Positions 18,661 through 28,183 are shown, counted from the first letter of the stretch. The stretch is 64,000 nucleotides of DNA from an uncultured Candidatus Bathyarchaeia archaeon (GCA_964573785.1 CAZNKF010000002.1:35142-99141); one strand, 5' to 3'. Program-made: numbers and translations. Notes: generated by a model not told the origin, from the sequence alone.

Positions 18661-18910
18661 GTGATGCCTCCTGTGACGTATCTGTAACATGCTGTGACTT
18701 TGATCATGTTACATCACACATCACAGTTTAAATGAAGAGAACATTTAAAGATTACGGTTTCTCTCATGAAACGATGACATCACAAGTCACAAATGGAATC
18801 CGTGACGACCATCACAGGCAGAGAGAAAAACCTTTTATTTCCTTTTTCGGCCCTATTTTTGGACATTTTCTCTTAATGTACGGAACTGTATGTGTGACTT
18901 GTGATGTCAC
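18660..18910. repeat. array of CATCACA / TGTGAC short motifs in an intergenic region
   Basis: CATCACA at 18712, 18719, 18778 and 18810. Its complement TGTGATG at 18660 and 18900. TGTGAC at 18672, 18693 and 18893. GTCACA at 18786. Confidence 0.7.
18683..18713. repeat. perfect 9-bp inverted repeat with 13-nt spacer
   Basis: tgtaacatg (18683-18691) and catgttaca (18705-18713). It lies in the 5' leader/promoter region of the minus-strand gene that starts at 18660. Confidence 0.7.
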
Positions 18911-19383
18911 GAGAACCCTTCCGACGGATTTGAAAGCGTTTTTAAGCCGTTTTCAAGCTCTTCTCTAAGCATTTTCAGGAACTTTATTTGTTCCTCCTGC
19001 TGTTCTGTTTTGTTCGTCATGTCTTTATGGGCTTCTATGTATTGTTGCAGTTTATTTGCAATTTCAATATACTGGTCGAGAGTTGTGCTTTCAAAGATTC
19101 CCAAATACCCTAAAAGCAGTACTGTGTAAACTGACTTTATCACGTTTTCTTGCGCTTGTTTTAAGGTTCTGTTGAAGGCTCCACGGCTTATTTTTGCCTT
19201 TGTTAGCCGTAATCTGGCTTTTTCTTCGTATTTTAGAGGTTTTCCTACAATATTTTCGGCTAAAACATCTATGAGCAGTGTTTCTAGTTGCGTTTTCGTT
19301 AAGTGGCTGTTTTTTTCCAGTATCTTAACTATTGGGTCTTCTAAAGACTTTTTCAGCCATAGTTGGACGCTGTTTTTTAACAT
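18907..19383 (-). CDS. hypothetical helical protein
   Basis: 158 aa from the ATG at 19383 (MLKNSVQLW...), with GGAG about 11 nt upstream. The ORF is open to 19485. No family recognised. KISRGAFNRTLKQAQENV could be an HTH. Confidence 0.45.
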   Translation of the reverse strand: MLKNSVQLWLKKSLEDPIVKILEKNSHLTKTQLETLLIDVLAENIVGKPLKYEEKARLRLTKAKISRGAFNRTLKQAQENVIKSVYTVLLLGYLGIFESTTLDQYIEIANKLQQYIEAHKDMTNKTEQQEEQIKFLKMLREELENGLKTLSNPSEGFS

Positions 19384-19533
19384 TTCTACTTTTCTCCAAC
19401 TCTTTATGTTTGTTGAATACACTTTTGTATACGCCCTTTTAAAAGAGTTACGTTTAACATCAAAATTTTGCCGTTTAAGTCGCAACCATTATATGCTAAG
19501 CTGCATAGCACGTAGTAAGGAGCGCGTCTGACA

Positions 19534-20706
19534 TTGCAATTTAAGGCGGCTGAACGCCTAAAAAACATAAGGCCCTCTGGAATTCGACGATTTTTCGCTT
19601 TGGCCCAAGAATTTCCTGATATTATTGATTTAAGTGTTGGAGAGCCAGACTTCACTCCGCCAAGGCATGTTTTAGAAGAAGGCTGGAAAGCCACTTTGGC
19701 GGGTAAAACGCACTACGCTCCAACCAATGGCATTCCGGAACTGCGAGAGTCTCTAGCAGAAAAGGCATATAAGGAATATGGACTCAAATATGACCCGAAC
19801 TTTGAGGTGTTAGTCACCGTTGGCGGGACAGAGGCGATTTCCCTTGCTTTGATGTCGTTGGTCAACCCTAATGATGAAGTGCTCATTCCTAATCCTGGTT
19901 TTGTCTGTTATGAGCCCAGCGTTAGACTTGCCGGCGGCATTCCCGTCCCAATTCCTGGTTTAGAGAAGAACATGTTTAGACCCTCCGTTGATGACGTGAC
20001 ATCACTTATCACGGAAAAATCACGTGTGATTATTCTGAACTATCCAAATAACCCAACTGGAGTTGTCCTCTCACGTGATGAGCTTGCAGCGTTAGCGAAA
20101 ATTGCCGTTGAGCGTGATTTGGTTGTGATTTCTGACGAAGTTTACGAAAAAATAATCTATGATGGGGAAAAGCATCACTGTTTGGCGGCGCTTCCAGGGA
20201 TGAGGGAGCGAACGCTGGTTGTAAATTCGTTTTCCAAAACTTATGCCATGACTGGCTTAAGGGTTGGCTATGTTTATGGGCCTAAGGAGCTTATAGCGCC
20301 TCTTTGGCTTTGCCACCAATATCTTGTTGCTTGTGTGGATACTTTTGCGCAGTATGCCGCTTTAGCCGCCCTAAAAGGGCCGCAAAATTTTGTTAGGGAC
20401 ATGGTGGCTGAGTTTGATAGACGAAGACGCTTTACTTTTAAGAGGCTTAATGAAATTGGATTCAACTGCGTTTTTCCAAAGGGCGCTTTTTACATGTTCC
20501 CAAACATAAAGGCCTTTGGCATGTCTTCGGAGGAGTTTGCCCAGTTCCTGCTTAAAGAGGCTCATGTTGCCACTGTTCCTGGTTCTGCTTTCGGTTCGCA
20601 TGGTGAAGGCTACATTAGAATTTCTTATGCCACCGCTTACGAGCAGCTAGAGGAGGCCTTTGACCGCATAGAGAAGGCTATTAGAAGGCTCAGGGGTTCT
20701 GCTTAG
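19534..20706 (+). CDS. class I/II pyridoxal-phosphate aminotransferase (aspartate aminotransferase-like)
   Basis: 390 aa, TTG start preceded by taaggag. Motifs SVGEPDFTPP, NPNNPTG-like YPNNPTG, and SFSKTYAMTGLRVGY carrying the PLP lysine. Confidence 0.85.
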   Translation: MQFKAAERLKNIRPSGIRRFFALAQEFPDIIDLSVGEPDFTPPRHVLEEGWKATLAGKTHYAPTNGIPELRESLAEKAYKEYGLKYDPNFEVLVTVGGTEAISLALMSLVNPNDEVLIPNPGFVCYEPSVRLAGGIPVPIPGLEKNMFRPSVDDVTSLITEKSRVIILNYPNNPTGVVLSRDELAALAKIAVERDLVVISDEVYEKIIYDGEKHHCLAALPGMRERTLVVNSFSKTYAMTGLRVGYVYGPKELIAPLWLCHQYLVACVDTFAQYAALAALKGPQNFVRDMVAEFDRRRRFTFKRLNEIGFNCVFPKGAFYMFPNIKAFGMSSEEFAQFLLKEAHVATVPGSAFGSHGEGYIRISYATAYEQLEEAFDRIEKAIRRLRGSA

Positions 20707-20715
20707 ATGCTTTGT

Positions 20716-21549
20716 TTAAAGTTTTTCTGCTTTTTCTTTTAGCTTGTCGAAGAGTTCTGGACGTAAATCCTTTAATGTTGGAACGAAGGTTTCCACAGGC
20801 TTTATGTCTGCATAGTCTACTTCACCTATCACAAGGTCTTCCTCATCATACTTTGCCTTTGCAATGATTTTCCCGTTTGGAACTATTAGCCTACTTCCAC
20901 CCCAGAACTGCAATCCATCTTCTACGCCCACAAGGTTGACATACGCTAGAAACGCAGTGTTTTCGATAGCCCTGGCAACTGTTAAGGTTTCGAAGAAGGT
21001 CTTGCGAACGGCTGGCGAGGCTGAAATGCAAACAATCAACTGTGCGCCTTCTAAGCGTGTTAGCCGGCATACTTCTGGGAAGAAAATATCATAGCATATA
21101 ATTAGCCCAATCGTTCCGCTTTCTGTTTCAAAGACTCCAGCCTGATAGCCCGGCCTAAAATACCTTTTTTCCTCGAAAACGCTGTGGGTGGGGAGGTGCA
21201 TTTTCCTATATTTCCCAACGTAGCCTTTTGGCCCCACGAGAACTGCTGTGTTATGGATTGTTGCTTGCGTTTTTCCGCTGAGTTCTGGCATTCCAAACAC
21301 TATGTAGATTTCATGCCTTTTTGCAATTTTCTGTATGGCGCCTGTTGACGGTCCAGGAATTTCTTCTGCCAATTCATAGAGTTCGTCTCTTATCGTGTAT
21401 CCTGTAAGCGAGAGTTCGGGGAAAATGATGAGGCTTGCAGCCTGCTGTTTTGCTTTGACGGCGTATTCCTCTATTTTTTTTATGTTTGCTTTTTTGTCTC
21501 CTCTTTGGCAACTTATTTGGGCTAGAGCGACTAAGAATGGGTCCTTCAA
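20716..21549 (-). CDS. carbon-nitrogen hydrolase (nitrilase superfamily), probable glutaminase partner of NadE
   Basis: 277 aa. FPELSLTGY (catalytic Glu), KMHLP (Lys) and GLIICYD (Cys). It starts 14 nt downstream of nadE on the same strand. Confidence 0.75.
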   Translation of the reverse strand: MKDPFLVALAQISCQRGDKKANIKKIEEYAVKAKQQAASLIIFPELSLTGYTIRDELYELAEEIPGPSTGAIQKIAKRHEIYIVFGMPELSGKTQATIHNTAVLVGPKGYVGKYRKMHLPTHSVFEEKRYFRPGYQAGVFETESGTIGLIICYDIFFPEVCRLTRLEGAQLIVCISASPAVRKTFFETLTVARAIENTAFLAYVNLVGVEDGLQFWGGSRLIVPNGKIIAKAKYDEEDLVIGEVDYADIKPVETFVPTLKDLRPELFDKLKEKAEKL

Positions 21550-21563
21550 ATCGTTCCTCCCTT

Positions 21564-22403
21564 TTATCTTGTGAATGGTATTCTAAAGTCAAATCCGACA
21601 GTCCTATATTGAAATTTTGTTGTTAGAGGCATTCTTCTCTTATGTTCCATTTTTCGCCAGCGCTCTTTTACGCTTTCCACCAGTTCTTTTTGTAGTCCTA
21701 GCTGCTCTGCTATTTCTTCTGTTTTCATGAAATGCTCAAGCCCATATAGGATGAGGTCCAACGTCTCATACTTTATCCCCAATTCTTCCTCTGCCGTTTG
21801 CCCCGGCCACAATGTGGGAGACGGTGGTTTTTCAACGATTTCTTTTGGTATGCCTATGTACCTTGCAAGTTTTTGCACTTGGGTTTTGTATAGGTCCATT
21901 ATTGGGGATATGTCTGCTGCGACGTCTCCCCATTTTGTGAAATAGCCCATCATTGTTTCTGACTTGTCGGAGCTTCCGCAAACTATTAGGTTGAACTTGT
22001 TGGCGTAATAGTAGAGGTAGAGCATTCGTGTTCGTGCTTTTAGGTTGCCCTTGCAGAGCTTGTCTTCACCATCAAAAATTGGTATTGTCTTCTGAATTGC
22101 CTCTAAAGCTGGTGTGATGTCTATTGTTTCTGTTTCCAACTCAAAATTTTCTGCCACGAGTCTTGCGTGTTCCATGTCTTTTGGATTGTATGTTTCTCTT
22201 TCCGGGAGCATAAGTCCCAAAACATTTTTTCCTCCGATAGCTTTTGCGGATAGAGCCGCCACTGTGCTGCTGTCTATGCCGCCGGAAAGCCCTAAAACTA
22301 TGCCTTTAGCCCTCGCCTTTTCCACATAATCTCTTATGAAACATGTGATTTTTGCCTCTACTTCTGTCCAGTTCAGCTCCAAAACTGATGGTGCCAGTTT
22401 CAA
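21564..22403 (-). CDS. nadE: NAD+ synthetase
   Basis: 279 aa. PP-loop motif LGLSGGIDSS, and the length is typical of NadE. Confidence 0.9.
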   Translation of the reverse strand: MKLAPSVLELNWTEVEAKITCFIRDYVEKARAKGIVLGLSGGIDSSTVAALSAKAIGGKNVLGLMLPERETYNPKDMEHARLVAENFELETETIDITPALEAIQKTIPIFDGEDKLCKGNLKARTRMLYLYYYANKFNLIVCGSSDKSETMMGYFTKWGDVAADISPIMDLYKTQVQKLARYIGIPKEIVEKPPSPTLWPGQTAEEELGIKYETLDLILYGLEHFMKTEEIAEQLGLQKELVESVKERWRKMEHKRRMPLTTKFQYRTVGFDFRIPFTR

Positions 22404-22506
22404 GGGTTTTCATCCTCAATGTTTATGGGATGAGGCAAGTATTTAAGGACGAAGATAGGATAATGAATAGGTGTAGCCTTTAACACTAAGCGTGAAGGAT
22501 TGGTTT

Positions 22507-22776
22507 ATGGGGCGTAGAAGGCGGAAGGTCGTCCGCATTCCAAAGAAACGCTTGCCAAAATTCTTCTCCTGCCCTATTTGTGGAAAGGCATCTGTTCGCG
22601 TGGAAATGTTTCGGGATGAAGGAAGGGCTGTTGTAAGCTGCGGCAACTGCGGTGCAAAAGAAGAGTTTACAGTTAAGGGCGCCCTAGGTGAGATAGACGT
22701 ATACTGCATGTTCACCGACAAAATTTACAGCGGAGCAAGGCGGTTGCCCACCCCAGAGGTTAAGGAATTCGCATAG
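22507..22776 (+). CDS. transcription elongation factor Elf1 homologue (zinc ribbon)
   Basis: 89 aa from [26 protein letters not shown]...CGNCG. A basic N-terminus plus a C4 ribbon is the Elf1 arrangement. Confidence 0.7.
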   Translation: MGRRRRKVVRIPKKRLPKFFSCPICGKASVRVEMFRDEGRAVVSCGNCGAKEEFTVKGALGEIDVYCMFTDKIYSGARRLPTPEVKEFA

Positions 22777-22791
22777 AAAGGAGGGAGCTCT

Positions 22792-23544
22792 TTGATAGGA
22801 GCTGTTGAAAAATATTTGCTTGACAGAATTAGTTCGGAGGGGTCGATTCACATAACCCTTATAGATCCTGAAAAGGTAACGCCTTCACAAGCATCGGCAA
22901 TTGCGAGAAAAGCACGGGCAAGCGGAACATCGGCAATAATGATTGGGGGCTCCACTTTTATTTCGGCTAGACACTTGGATGACGTTGTTAAGACCGTTAA
23001 GCGAGCCGTAGATGTTCCTGTAATCCTATTTCCCAACAACATTACCAGCATAAGCCGTTATGCGGACGCCATATGGTTCATGTCTCTCTTAAATTCCCTT
23101 GACCCATATTTTATAGTTGGTGCACAAATTTTAGGAGCGCCTCTAATTAGACGGTACCGCCTCGAGCCAATCCCGTTGGGCTACATCATTGTTGGTGAAG
23201 GTGGAACTGCTGGCATTGTTGGGAAGGCTGTTCCAATCCCCTATGACAAGCCAGAGTTAGCTGTTGCCCATGCTTTGGCGGGACAGTATTTGGGCATGCG
23301 TTTCATCTATCTTGAGGCTGGCTCCGGCGCCAAAAAATCAGTTCCACGGGAAATGATTCGTGCTGTGAAAAAAAGCATAGATGTCCCCTTAATTGTCGGT
23401 GGAGGAATAAGAACCAGAGCACAAGCGCTGGCAGCAGCATCTGCCGGTGCAGATATTATTGTTACTGGCAATGTTGTTGAGAATGGGCAGGTTAGGGACA
23501 GGGTTTCGGAAATTGTTGAGGGCTTAAAGAGCTGCAAAGTATGA
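22792..23544 (+). CDS. geranylgeranylglyceryl phosphate synthase (PcrB/GGGPS family)
   Basis: 250 aa, TTG start preceded by aaggaggg. Motifs HITLIDPEK, IMIGGST, YLEAGSGA and IVGGGIR. Confidence 0.85.
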   Translation: MIGAVEKYLLDRISSEGSIHITLIDPEKVTPSQASAIARKARASGTSAIMIGGSTFISARHLDDVVKTVKRAVDVPVILFPNNITSISRYADAIWFMSLLNSLDPYFIVGAQILGAPLIRRYRLEPIPLGYIIVGEGGTAGIVGKAVPIPYDKPELAVAHALAGQYLGMRFIYLEAGSGAKKSVPREMIRAVKKSIDVPLIVGGGIRTRAQALAAASAGADIIVTGNVVENGQVRDRVSEIVEGLKSCKV

Positions 23545-23692
23545 CACCGCTCTGGTGTTGCATTTTCTTGTATAAAACTTGATAGTTCCGACGTTTTGTG
23601 ACATTGGAAGTTTTGCTTTCATTTATTAGAAAACAAAAATATGCCGCAGCTTGCAAATGGTACCGAGTGGTTAATTGGGCATGGGTGTTCAG

Positions 23693-26600
23693 ATGAACAA
23701 GTCCTACGAGAAGTACGTTGAAACATTAGAGAAGCAGCTCGAACAATTATACAGCATAGCCAATAAAGCTCGGGAGAAAGGCTTTGACCCTACATTTAAG
23801 TCCGACTGCACGGTTGCAAGGGACATGGCTGACCTTGTTGAGGGGCTTGTTGGTCCAAGAGGCGTTGCTGAAAGAATTCGGGAGTTAAGCTCAAAACTTT
23901 CAAGGGAGGAGCTTGCCTTCAAAATTGCCGAGGAAATCGTTTACGGAAAATTTGGGCATTTAGAGCCGGAGGCTGCCGCTGAACAAGCCATACGGACAGC
24001 CTTAGCCATTCTAACAGAGGGACTTACTGCAGCGCCAATACAAGGCGTGGCACAGGTTAAAATTAAAACAAATCATGATAGATCAAAGTATCTGGCTATT
24101 TACTTCGCTGGTCCCATACGCTCTGCTGGTGGCACCGACCAAGCGCTTACACTTGTTATTGGCGACTTTATTCGTAGGCTTCTCGGAATTGACCGCTATA
24201 AGCCTACAGAAGAGGAGATTGCCCGCTTCATTGAGGAAGTTAGACTTTACGAGCGCGGTGTAAGCCGCTTTCAATATCACGTTTCAGACGAGGAGTTGCG
24301 TAGAGCGCTCTGCTGGTTGCCCGTGGAGGTTACTGGCACAGAATCAGACCCTGTGGAGGTTTCCGCTTTTCGCAACTTGCCCCGTATTGAAACCAATAGG
24401 GTTCGGGGCGGGGCTCTCCGTGTGGTTAATGATGGAATCATTGGGCGGGCTTCGAAGGTTTGGGCTATTGTGGAAAAACTAGGCATTCAAGGCTGGGATT
24501 GGCTTAAAGAAATTCGAAAGATGTCTGAAAAGAAGTCCGCCGGCTTCATGGACGATATTGTTGCAGGGCGCCCCATATTCTCCTTTCCAGCTAGACGCGG
24601 CGGTTTCCGCCTACGCTATGGAAGAGCCAGAAACACGGGATTAACCGCTGTAGGCATTCATCCAGCCACAATGCTTGTCCTCCAAGGTTTTATCGCGGCG
24701 GGCACACAACTCCGCTTGGAGCTTCCGGGGAAAGGCGGTATTGCGGTACCCGTTGATACTCTAGAACCGCCAATAGTGAAATTAAGAGACGGGTCGGTTG
24801 TGCGGGTTACAGCCGAAAACTTCGGCGATGTAAGAGATAGAATTGAGAAAATCCTGTTTTTGGGAGACATTCTCATAAGTTTTGGGGATTTCCTTTATCA
24901 GGGCAAGAGCCTTAATCCAGCTGGTTATGTTGAAGAGTGGTGGGCTGAAGATTTAAGAAAAGCCATTATCGAACAGTTTGGAGGGGACTTTGAGAAGGCT
25001 GCAACCGCCACTGGTATACCAAGCGGGATGCTTAGAGGTTTTCTAGAAAATCCGTTTGTGAACAAGCCGACATGTAAAGAGGCTCTAGCCCTTTCATTGA
25101 ATGTTGGGGTTCCACTTCATCCAGCCTTCACGTTCTTCTGGTCTTGTTTGGGTTCTGTTGAGGAGCTTACGCTTCTTAGGGAATGGTTGGCTGTGGCTGA
25201 GGTGAAGTATGATGGAGATTTTGCCTATCGCATAGTTGGCAAGATGGATAAGCACGTTAAAAGGGCTTTGGAGGCTATATGCTTACCCCATAAAGTCTCG
25301 GACAATAATGTAATTATCGAGGGAGAGGACGCATGTGCCTTCGCCTTCTGTTTAGGCATTAAAAATTCAAACAGCGATTCTCGCCAAAACGCGAACATTT
25401 TGGAAACCATTAGTGGGCTCTGTGGTGTGGTTGTTAGGGATAAAGCTTCAACTTTTGTTGGTGCAAGGATGGGGCGTCCTGAGAAAGCCAAAAGGCGGGA
25501 GATGAAACCCCTTGTGCATGTTTTATTCCCCGTAGGTTTGGCTGGCGGTTCTCAAAGGGATATCTTGGAGGCTGCTAAACGCGAAAATGTTTACGTGGAA
25601 GTTGTTAAGCGTAGATGTCCATCCTGTAAAACAAGTGTTCTAGGAATAAAGTGCCCAGTATGCGGTTCTGAGACCGTTCTGGAGTATGTCTGCCCGAGAT
25701 GCAGAAGGGCACTTAATGGCGGTGGTGATTGCCCAGTCTGCAAGGTTTCTGCGGTTGCCTATGAGCGGCAAAGCATTAACATTAGGGAACTGCTTGATGA
25801 GGTGTGTGCCCGTTTGGGAGTTTCAACGCTGAAGGTTTTGAAGGGTGTTAAGGGTTTAACGAATGAGACTAAGACTCCCGAAATCCTTGAGAAGGGTGTT
25901 TTGCGGGCAAAATATGACTTATCAGTTTACAAGGACGGCACAATACGCTTTGATGCAACAAACGCCCCATTAACTCATTTCAAACCTTTCGAAATTGGGG
26001 TTTCCGTTGAAAAACTTGTTCAGCTTGGTTACACCAGCGATATCTATGGTGACCCCCTGACAAGTTCAGACCAGATATGCGAACTGAAAATACAGGATGT
26101 CATTATTCCAGTTAGGTGTGCCGAATATTTTGTTCGTGTGGCAAACTTTGTTGATGAACTTTTGGTGAGGGTTTATGGGTTGTCGCCATACTACAATGTT
26201 AGGTATGTCGAAGACCTTGTTGGGCACTTGGTCATCGGTTTGGCACCTCACACGTCTGTTGGCATTCTCGGTCGGATAATTGGCTTTACAAGTTTGAATG
26301 TTTGCTATGCCCATCCAATTTGGCACTCTGCCAAACGAAGAGACTGCGACGGCGACGAGGACGCCCTAATGCTTGCACTAGACATGCTGCTAAACTTTTC
26401 AAGGGTTTATCTGCCCGCCCAGATTGGCGGCATAATGGATGCGCCTCTGCTGTTGATTCCTGTTGTTAACCCAATAGAGGTGCAAAGGCAAGCGCACGAC
26501 TTTGACGTGGCTGGTGCTTACCCATTAGAGTTTTACCAGAAAACTTTGGAGAGGGCGGAGGCAAAACATGTGAGCCAACTAATAGACCTCATTGAATATC

Positions 26601-27097
26601 GCCTTGGGACAGAAGCGCAGTTTGAGGGTTTCCGCTTCACTGTACCAGTTTCAAACATTAATATGGGGAATGAGGAAAGCGTCTACAAGCGTTTTAAAAC
26701 CATGGTGGATAAGCTTAATGGGCAACTAGCTCTAGCAGAGAAAATTGAGGCGGTGGATGCTAGGAAAGTCGCCCTAAAAGTCTTAATAAGACATTTTATT
26801 CGTGACATCGCCGGAAATCTCCGTGCGTTTTCGACACAGGGGTTCCGCTGCAAAGCCTGCAATAAACGTTTTCGGCGTATGCCACTGCGGGGCAAATGCC
26901 CAATATGTGGTGGAGCGTTAACTCTAACAGTTTATCGGGGCGGGATAGAGAAGTATCTTGAGGCGGCCGCGCACATAATAAAGAAGTATGATTTGCACAG
27001 CTATTACAGCCAAAGAATTTTGCTTGTGAGGGAGGAGATTAATTCGCTTTTTGAGGGTAAGAAGCCGAAGCAAATTAGTCTAACAGACTTCGCTTGA
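23693..27097 (+). CDS. polC: DNA polymerase II (PolD) large subunit DP2
   Basis: About 1134 aa (alternative ATG at 23681). The N-terminus parallels Pyrococcus DP2 (VEGLVGPRGVAERIREL, YFAGPIRSAGGTDQA). Several CxxC zinc modules. No intein. Confidence 0.95.
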   Translation: MNKSYEKYVETLEKQLEQLYSIANKAREKGFDPTFKSDCTVARDMADLVEGLVGPRGVAERIRELSSKLSREELAFKIAEEIVYGKFGHLEPEAAAEQAIRTALAILTEGLTAAPIQGVAQVKIKTNHDRSKYLAIYFAGPIRSAGGTDQALTLVIGDFIRRLLGIDRYKPTEEEIARFIEEVRLYERGVSRFQYHVSDEELRRALCWLPVEVTGTESDPVEVSAFRNLPRIETNRVRGGALRVVNDGIIGRASKVWAIVEKLGIQGWDWLKEIRKMSEKKSAGFMDDIVAGRPIFSFPARRGGFRLRYGRARNTGLTAVGIHPATMLVLQGFIAAGTQLRLELPGKGGIAVPVDTLEPPIVKLRDGSVVRVTAENFGDVRDRIEKILFLGDILISFGDFLYQGKSLNPAGYVEEWWAEDLRKAIIEQFGGDFEKAATATGIPSGMLRGFLENPFVNKPTCKEALALSLNVGVPLHPAFTFFWSCLGSVEELTLLREWLAVAEVKYDGDFAYRIVGKMDKHVKRALEAICLPHKVSDNNVIIEGEDACAFAFCLGIKNSNSDSRQNANILETISGLCGVVVRDKASTFVGARMGRPEKAKRREMKPLVHVLFPVGLAGGSQRDILEAAKRENVYVEVVKRRCPSCKTSVLGIKCPVCGSETVLEYVCPRCRRALNGGGDCPVCKVSAVAYERQSINIRELLDEVCARLGVSTLKVLKGVKGLTNETKTPEILEKGVLRAKYDLSVYKDGTIRFDATNAPLTHFKPFEIGVSVEKLVQLGYTSDIYGDPLTSSDQICELKIQDVIIPVRCAEYFVRVANFVDELLVRVYGLSPYYNVRYVEDLVGHLVIGLAPHTSVGILGRIIGFTSLNVCYAHPIWHSAKRRDCDGDEDALMLALDMLLNFSRVYLPAQIGGIMDAPLLLIPVVNPIEVQRQAHDFDVAGAYPLEFYQKTLERAEAKHVSQLIDLIEYRLGTEAQFEGFRFTVPVSNINMGNEESVYKRFKTMVDKLNGQLALAEKIEAVDARKVALKVLIRHFIRDIAGNLRAFSTQGFRCKACNKRFRRMPLRGKCPICGGALTLTVYRGGIEKYLEAAAHIIKKYDLHSYYSQRILLVREEINSLFEGKKPKQISLTDFA

Positions 27098-27138
27098 AGT
27101 GAAACCTTTTCTACTCCCTCATTACAAAATGATTTTTG

Positions 27139-27408
27139 ATGGGCATGCCCCGGGGAGAGTATCATCCCAACGCTTACTTGACAGACTTTAGAAACGTTAA
27201 GCTTGGCTTGAAGGCGCGAACTCTAATACTGAATTTTCTAGAAACGTCTTCTGCAGATGCGAAAACGGTTGCAAAGGAAACCAGTCTGCCTTACAACGTG
27301 GTTGTACATCACCTGAAACTTCTGGAAACCAGAGGAATAGTAAAAAGGGGAAGCAAACGCCCATCTGTTTGGACGTTGACTGGATTTGGGCAAAAACGCT
27401 TAGGCTAG
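27139..27408 (+). CDS. ArsR-like winged-helix transcription regulator
   Basis: 89 aa. ARTLILNFLETSSADAKTVAKETSLPYNVVVHHLKLLETRGIVKR. Confidence 0.65.
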   Translation: MGMPRGEYHPNAYLTDFRNVKLGLKARTLILNFLETSSADAKTVAKETSLPYNVVVHHLKLLETRGIVKRGSKRPSVWTLTGFGQKRLG

Positions 27409-27411
27409 CTC

Positions 27412-27699
27412 TTAAAAAGTGCATTGGCACGGCGAGTGCCTACATTTTGGACATTTTCCATCATACTTGCCGAGGGCAGCCTTTTCCAAGTTTACATCTG
27501 TTATGTTGGCTAGTGAAGCCAACCATGCAATGACATCTGCAAACTCGTTTTCCAAGGCTTTTTTGTCATCTGTTTTTAGTGCTTGGCCAAGCTCTGCCAC
27601 TTCTTCTACAAGCCATTCAAAGGTCTTTTCCACGCCCCGTTGTGAGTCTCTGTGGAAGTATAGGGTTCGCATCATTTCCTGAAACTTGTGTATGTGCAT
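27412..27699 (-). CDS. MazG-like nucleotide pyrophosphohydrolase
   Basis: 95 aa from the ATG at 27699. The WLVEEVAELGQA ... EFADVIAWLASLAN pattern (EExxE/ExxD) is typical of the MazG family. Confidence 0.7.
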   Translation of the reverse strand: MHIHKFQEMMRTLYFHRDSQRGVEKTFEWLVEEVAELGQALKTDDKKALENEFADVIAWLASLANITDVNLEKAALGKYDGKCPKCRHSPCQCTF

Positions 27700-27734
27700 T
27701 TCGCTGCGCACCAGCCAATTGAGCTTGAGTTGTT

Positions 27735-28175
27735 TTAGCTTTTAAAGTTAAGTAAGGCTTTCTGTCCTTTCGCTGTTATGTGGATGACTTTTACGCCTTT
27801 TCTTTCTAGGTGGGCGGCTATAAATCGCCTATGGCAGTATTTTGGGTTTGGTTCCATACACATTAGGCATGTTCTCTTTTTAGAGGCGATTTCAAGAAGT
27901 CTCTTTATTCCTTCTCTGAAAAGTTTGGTTCGCATGTGCCTCTGGTATCCGCCTTTTCGGTAGCCCCCTAACTCTTTTCCAAGCCATATGTATTCTATCC
28001 CGTTTTCTGGCAGCCACTTTTCCATCTGTTCCTTTTTGAAGTGCTCAATTTTTGATGTTGGGAAATGGCGAATATCCGCCACTACTTGTATTTCATGCTC
28101 TTTCAGTAGTTCTATGAATGTATTTATGGAGCGGTTGCTATGTCCAATAGTCCAGACAATTAGCTGTTTTCCCAT
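27735..28175 (-). CDS. DUF488 family protein
   Basis: 146 aa. IWTIGHSNRSINTFIELLKEHEIQVVADIR and CMEPNPKYCHR are characteristic of the family. Confidence 0.7.
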   Translation of the reverse strand: MGKQLIVWTIGHSNRSINTFIELLKEHEIQVVADIRHFPTSKIEHFKKEQMEKWLPENGIEYIWLGKELGGYRKGGYQRHMRTKLFREGIKRLLEIASKKRTCLMCMEPNPKYCHRRFIAAHLERKGVKVIHITAKGQKALLNFKS

Positions 28176-28183
28176 TGATACGC

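Noticed and set aside
18920-18950. TTCAAATCC-like T-loop sequence on the minus strand, considered as a possible second tRNA
   Set aside because: The flanking 5-nt segments are not complementary, no acceptor or anticodon stems could be built, and the sequence lies inside a coding ORF.
18732-18968. 78-aa plus-strand ORF in the 18.7-18.9 kb gap
   Set aside because: Its open frame is built from the CATCACA/TGTGAC repeat array (the translation is full of His/Asp/Thr/Val from those heptamers). I saw no start context or family resemblance, so I treat the region as non-coding.
19990-20080. Cluster of CACGTG / GTGACATCAC palindromes inside the aminotransferase gene
   Set aside because: CACGTG also occurs at several other coding positions in the window (for example near 6935, 18313, 36863 and 45433). 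Here the sequence is explained by in-frame codons (VDDVTSLITEKSRVII), with no evidence for a separate element.
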